The notes below the pieces were generated by a model, which made no database searches, had not been told where the DNA came from, and saw only the letters and a list, made by a program, of their open reading frames with translations. A stretch of DNA of 64,000 nucleotides from Myxococcota bacterium (lineage in GTDB: Bacteria > Myxococcota_A > SURF-8). The position numbers and the translations under genes were made by a program. Location of the stretch: contig OZ223209.1 of assembly GCA_965140415.1 (NCBI GenBank), positions 3,968,001-4,032,000 of the forward strand, written 5' to 3'. Position 1 is the first letter of the stretch. Each line of letters opens with the position of its first letter. Below are positions 59,556 to 64,000 of the stretch, one piece after another.

Positions 59556-60560
59556 TTAGAATGAGTAACTCAAAGTCAAAGACGCCGCAGAGAACTGCGG
59601 GTCCAATGGATATGTGTAATCGTTCTGGAAACCGCCGTAACGCCGTTCGGGACCGGCAGTGGAGATTCCCAGTGAAACATTCAGATTCTCGTATGCGTTG
59701 ATGCCGATATCGGCGGAATACGCAATGTTGTTGTGACGCGCTTCGTTTCCGTCGCTGGTGTGGTAGCGCCAGTTATACGACCAGACGACAGCCACGCCCA
59801 TGTTCAGTTTCCATACGCTCAAACGCAACGAGGTGGCATTGCTGTAGGTCCACTCATTTAAAGGAATGGATTCAATGCCGCCATCGACATCGGACTTGAA
59901 CCGGTAGTCGGTATAGCCATGAACGTTTTTCTGGAAGCTGTTCGAGTTGGACAGCGACAAGCCCCATTTGCTGATGGAGAAACTCACACCCGGCTTGATG
60001 GCGTAATACCATTTGCGCGTCCATCCGGCGAAACGGCTGGTTTCGGGCAACACCTGCACCAGAGACGGCGTAATGGTGAACCCGGTGATTTCCGGATCGA
60101 TCTGAAACGCACGGCTGATACTAATGGATAGCGGATCGAAATCCGCTTCGTTGATCCTCACATCGTTTCCGCCAACCACATCGGAGGGATACAGCGTGCT
60201 GACATAGCCTCCCAGGTGAATGCTCAGCGAAATGTCCTTGGGCAGCATAAAGCTCGGATCCAGGGACAGAGAGTTGGACACCACCGGGCGCTCACGCGCC
60301 AGATTGTGCGATAAGGTGTACGAAATCGAAACGTTCCACCATTTGGCTTCTTCTTTCGCTTCGGTGTCGTTGCTTTCAACGGCGACACCTTCGCCTGCGA
60401 CCGTATCGGTCTTGGCATCGGCGGTATCGGCCTGAGCAAGGACGAGATTCCCCTGATCAATAGGGGAAGAATTCATGTTATCGTCGGCGTTCGCGCTCAA
60501 TCCGAAACACAATACAAAAAGAGCCAACAATAACCCAGCAACTGACGTGCGCTCTTTCAA
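59556..60560 (-). CDS. Outer-membrane beta-barrel protein, function unknown
   Basis: TTG start after AGGAGG; signal peptide ending ANA; alternating beta pattern; C-terminal ASLTLSYSF. Confidence 0.75.
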   Translation of the reverse strand: MKERTSVAGLLLALFVLCFGLSANADDNMNSSPIDQGNLVLAQADTADAKTDTVAGEGVAVESNDTEAKEEAKWWNVSISYTLSHNLARERPVVSNSLSLDPSFMLPKDISLSIHLGGYVSTLYPSDVVGGNDVRINEADFDPLSISISRAFQIDPEITGFTITPSLVQVLPETSRFAGWTRKWYYAIKPGVSFSISKWGLSLSNSNSFQKNVHGYTDYRFKSDVDGGIESIPLNEWTYSNATSLRLSVWKLNMGVAVVWSYNWRYHTSDGNEARHNNIAYSADIGINAYENLNVSLGISTAGPERRYGGFQNDYTYPLDPQFSAASLTLSYSF

Positions 60561-60624
60561 CGTGGCCTCCTAAGAGATGACATCGAGGGTAGGTGGCACC
60601 AAGCCAAGGGTGCCCAGCCGCTAC

Positions 60625-60653
60625 ACTCTAATGAGAATGCATACTGTTGTCAA
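60625..60653 (-). promoter_or_regulatory. sigma70-type promoter for the barrel-protease operon
   Basis: TTGACA-N17-TAGAGT. Confidence 0.5.
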
Positions 60654-60721
60654 ACAATTCTTGACTTTTTCTGAACCAAACGCAAACAACGGAAACGTGA
60701 CGGAATCCAGCCGTTTACAAA

Positions 60722-61399
60722 TTACGGATAGCGGCTTAGAACCAGGCGGAATTCATGCTTCTTTCCAGAGAATTCCACAACCAATACAGCTAGTTGCGTG
60801 GGGTTGAAGTCGCTATAATAAAAGCCTGCAAACACGTCTTGTTTATACAGGCAAACATCCTTTTCGCACAGGGTCTTTTGAACGGCGTCCCGGAGCACGT
60901 CTCCAGGTTGGATCGTTCGAATGCCCTGCCGCAAGCTGATTTTCAAATCCTTGAACGCCTTTTCCGAAGCCCCGACCAGATAAAGCGGAAACAACAGGTA
61001 ATCCTGCTTTAGAATATCAGAATAGTCATCTGGTTTCAGAACCTTACCTTCGCTGGCAGCCATCGCGGCACGGTGGCTGATCTGGAAAAGCTTGGTCATT
61101 ATGTAGCCGTTGGTTTCGGTTCCCGGCGTTCCAAATTCATAATTTTTAAAGATCGATTCAGGCTGCGCTTTTTGCGCCTGACCTTTTTTGATCGCGTCTT
61201 GCACCTGTTCGGGGGTTGGGCTGGTTTCGACTGCCACAGCCTGCGAAGCCATGGAAAGCAGGACGTAAACTGCCAGAATCTCCAGAAAAAGCGACAATGC
61301 GAACGAACCGTTTCGAGGCCGGACGCATAACCTGAAAGTCGTAATACCGGTTCCGTTCTGGTTTCGCGCGCGCCGCAGCTTCTTCTCCATTTCACCCAA
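60722..61399 (-). CDS. Hypothetical exported protein (start uncertain)
   Basis: Hydrophobic segment ending AVA followed by a globular-looking region. Confidence 0.6.
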   Translation of the reverse strand: MGEMEKKLRRARNQNGTGITTFRLCVRPRNGSFALSLFLEILAVYVLLSMASQAVAVETSPTPEQVQDAIKKGQAQKAQPESIFKNYEFGTPGTETNGYIMTKLFQISHRAAMAASEGKVLKPDDYSDILKQDYLLFPLYLVGASEKAFKDLKISLRQGIRTIQPGDVLRDAVQKTLCEKDVCLYKQDVFAGFYYSDFNPTQLAVLVVEFSGKKHEFRLVLSRYP

Positions 61400-61895
61400 A
61401 GTACAACGATCACGATCTCATTGTACGAGGCGTCGCCATAAATGCAAGACAAAAATGCAGAAAAATTATTGTTTTTCGATAAAACCTTACTGCGTTGCCA
61501 TAAGACTTTTATTAATACAATCCTAATGCATTGATATTATTAGTATATTGTAATTTCTGCCATATTGCCGCACTGCATCAAGCAAATTACATCAGCGCTC
61601 CTAAAATACAACGGCAGAAGAAAATAGCCTTAATATTTCGGCAAAACCTCCTGACATGTTCATTTATTTTCCAGATTGAGCGCGCAATTTACTTGAGTGT
61701 AAATCTTGAGACTCGCCCCTCCTCCCACTCGCCATCCGGCTTCTTCAACTTCCAGTAGACTCAATTTTCGATAGATAAAACCTGCAACCGAACCTCAGAC
61801 AGAGTTATTTTAAGAAAAAGCGTCACACCTTGCTTGAACGGCTCCTTATCGCATGATAGTATTCATGCGTTTCCTTTTCATACAGGAGTTCTCTT

Positions 61896-63185
61896 ATGCA
61901 GATGGCCAAGATCCTGTTCTTGATACTTGCCTGCCTGGCTTTCTTCCCCGCTTGTCAAAGCAGCGATTCTACCTGCAATCAACAACCTACCGATGGCGAT
62001 ACAGATTGCCCTACTTGCAGCACCTGTGCGGATGCCGATAAGACGTCCTGCCCATCTAACGGTGATCCGGACTGCCAAACTTGCGAAGTCTGCCCAAGTT
62101 GTGGCGACCCGGATTGTCCCTCCTGTCCCGCCTGTGATGGAGATGTGGAAACCGACGCCGAATCGGATGGAGATCTCGAACCGGAACAACCCAGACAGCG
62201 CATCGGTAACGACTGTCGTAACAACCACTGCTTTCCCGTCGCTCCGACAGGTCAGAAAACCTGCTACGACAACGTGGGTGAAATTCCCTGCCCTGGCGAA
62301 GCGGGCAGTGTAAGCTGTGCCGAGACACCCTTCTGCGGTCAGGACGCCCAGTATGCACCACAAATGGAAACCAGCGAGCGATTCGTCATTTCCTCCTTGA
62401 ATGAAAAGGAAGTTGTAACAGATCGGCAAACGGGTCTGGTATGGGAACGGGAAAGCTTTAATCAGAGATGGGCAACTGCCAGTGGGCATTGCTTCTCCTT
62501 AGCGCAAGATGATTCACTCGATTGGCGTTTGCCTTCACTGCTTGAGCTTAGAAGCATTGTCAACCACGACTATTATGACCCGGTCATTGATGATCAACTA
62601 TTCGAAGGCGTCGATATTTGTGGATGGACTTCTTCTCTCGCATTCTGGGGATACCCGATTACATTGACGATGTGGAATGGCTTATCCACTATTGAATGTG
62701 GAGGCACCGGTGGGCCAGATACATATGCCGAAATTCGCTGCGTACATGGCGGCCCTGAAATCAAGATTGGAGAACGTTTCGAAACACTACAGCATGGAGT
62801 AGAGCAGAGCATTATTTGGGATCGAACTACCTTGTTACAATGGCAAAGCAACATTCAGGAAAACAAAACCTGGCAAGAGGCGTTATCCTATTGCGAAGCT
62901 CTTGACTACAGCGGTTATAGCGATTGGCGCTTACCGAATATCAACGAAGCAGTTAGTCTTACCGATATGGCCTTCTATCCTCAGAATGACATTCTTGCAA
63001 CACAATTTCCGGCGATGCCCAAACTGCGTTTCCATACCTCCACCACCTACGCAGGAGATCATACTATCAATTGGATTGTAGACTACTTTGAGCGACTGTA
63101 CCAGGCCGGTCATTGGGACCACACGGATAAAACCACCCCATTGGCCGTACGATGCGTGCGAGGACGGAGTTATGTAGAGGAATAG
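61896..63185 (+). CDS. Lipoprotein with a Cys-rich N-terminus and two DUF1566 (Lcl C-terminal) domains
   Basis: Lipobox FPAC; TGQKTCYD...GQDAQY; VTDRQTGLVWE, WRLPSLLEL, IRCV; DRTTLLQWQ, TWQEALSYC, DWRLPNINE, VRCVRG. Confidence 0.88.
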   Translation: MQMAKILFLILACLAFFPACQSSDSTCNQQPTDGDTDCPTCSTCADADKTSCPSNGDPDCQTCEVCPSCGDPDCPSCPACDGDVETDAESDGDLEPEQPRQRIGNDCRNNHCFPVAPTGQKTCYDNVGEIPCPGEAGSVSCAETPFCGQDAQYAPQMETSERFVISSLNEKEVVTDRQTGLVWERESFNQRWATASGHCFSLAQDDSLDWRLPSLLELRSIVNHDYYDPVIDDQLFEGVDICGWTSSLAFWGYPITLTMWNGLSTIECGGTGGPDTYAEIRCVHGGPEIKIGERFETLQHGVEQSIIWDRTTLLQWQSNIQENKTWQEALSYCEALDYSGYSDWRLPNINEAVSLTDMAFYPQNDILATQFPAMPKLRFHTSTTYAGDHTINWIVDYFERLYQAGHWDHTDKTTPLAVRCVRGRSYVEE

Positions 63186-63199
63186 CCTGCAAGGCTACC

Positions 63200-64000
63200 C
63201 TACGGATAACTGAAGCCCTGCGTGTTTCCTTGTCCAAAGGGAGTTTCCTTTTCCGATGGCTCCAACAGTCCGGCAAAGGGCGGGTAGGCTTCGCCTGCGC
63301 CTAGGCGCACCTGTCCGGCAGGTCGCACTCGGATTGCGGCAACTCCTTCCACCGGGCAGCTATGCTCGCATTGACCGCAGCCGTTGCACCGCGTTTCGTT
63401 GACGACCGGGCGACGGTCGCCGTTTTCAACTTCCACCCAATCGATCGCGCCGTAGGTGCAGTGCTCGTCGCAGACCAGACAGACCCGCCCGCGCTCGTAA
63501 ACCACGCAGCGCATCGGATCGAGAATGGCGTTACCGATACGAGCCGATTTCTTTTGAATCAGATCCAGTGCCCGGATGGCGTCGGTCGGGCAGACTTGCC
63601 CGCAGCCGTTGCAGTTCTGATCGCAAGCGCCCAGGCGCATCGTCGGCACCGGCGTCATGAATCCGGCAGCCCCGGCTTCGGTCAGCGCCGGTTGCAGGCA
63701 GCCGGTCGGACAGGCTTTGATACACTGCCCACAACGCACACAGGTGGCCAGGAAATCGTCCTCGGGGATAGCTCCAGGCGGACGCAAAGCCTTATCGGAA
63801 ATCAGCCTGCGAGCCGGATTGAGCGCCAGCCAGCTTGCCGTCAAGGCCCCACCACCGATCCAACCCAGCGCCTGCCTGCGCGACAGATCGGTGCTTGGAT
63901 TCAAGCCGGTTTTGGATAAGCTCGGGTTAAAACTGGTCACATTCAGGTGGCAATCCGTCACGCAGCGCCCGCACTGGATGCACTCGGCGCTATCATAACC
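63200..64000 (-). CDS. 4Fe-4S ferredoxin, MauM/NapG-like C-terminal part of a larger protein (5' end outside the window)
   Basis: Frame open to the window edge (ECIQCGRCVTDC); LRPPGA..E..FL..CVRCGQC..ACP; several CxxCxxCxxxCP motifs. Confidence 0.85.
   Translation of the reverse strand, partial: GYDSAECIQCGRCVTDCHLNVTSFNPSLSKTGLNPSTDLSRRQALGWIGGGALTASWLALNPARRLISDKALRPPGAIPEDDFLATCVRCGQCIKACPTGCLQPALTEAGAAGFMTPVPTMRLGACDQNCNGCGQVCPTDAIRALDLIQKKSARIGNAILDPMRCVVYERGRVCLVCDEHCTYGAIDWVEVENGDRRPVVNETRCNGCGQCEHSCPVEGVAAIRVRPAGQVRLGAGEAYPPFAGLLEPSEKETPFGQGNTQGFSYP

Noticed and set aside
47182-63185. Diversity-generating retroelement (FGE-sulfatase and DUF1566 are typical target folds)
   Set aside because: No reverse transcriptase, avd gene or template-repeat copy of either C-terminus seen in the window

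Overview
A 64 kb chromosomal window of roughly 50% GC from a diderm bacterium. Gene content and style (Cys-rich lipoproteins, Myxococcus-type PilZ, DGD-repeat lipoproteins, large Met-zincin) suggest an uncultured Myxococcota/'deltaproteobacterial' lineage; this is inference. Housekeeping genes include tlyA, xseB, a cysteine desulfurase, cpoB-pal, an S1-domain protein, sucCD, a nucleoside kinase, hsp20, a dciA-like gene, yebC-ruvCAB and lpxC. They are interspersed with cytoplasmic two-component proteins and several envelope gene clusters. I saw no tRNA, rRNA, CRISPR array, transposase, integrase or reverse transcriptase. The best candidates for undescribed systems are: (1) an ORF-free, highly structured ~330-380 nt minus-strand RNA at ~41.6-42.0 kb with a sigma54 promoter, upstream palindromic enhancer-like sites and repeated GGG(G/A)/GGA hairpin loops, possibly a protein-sponge sRNA; (2) a three-gene ECF-like uptake locus with a TonB-dependent receptor, in which an EcfT-like membrane domain is fused to a non-ABC (THEP1/DUF2478-like) NTPase; (3) a seven-gene coupled operon joining a Cys-rich lipoprotein, a rhodanese-like/MauE/DsbA redox module and a TPR-beta-barrel/FecR pair; (4) Asp-Gly-Asp repeat lipoproteins, one lying inside a TetR-LolA-like-barrel-MMPL lipid transport locus. 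All family assignments come from motif recognition by eye, not from database searches.
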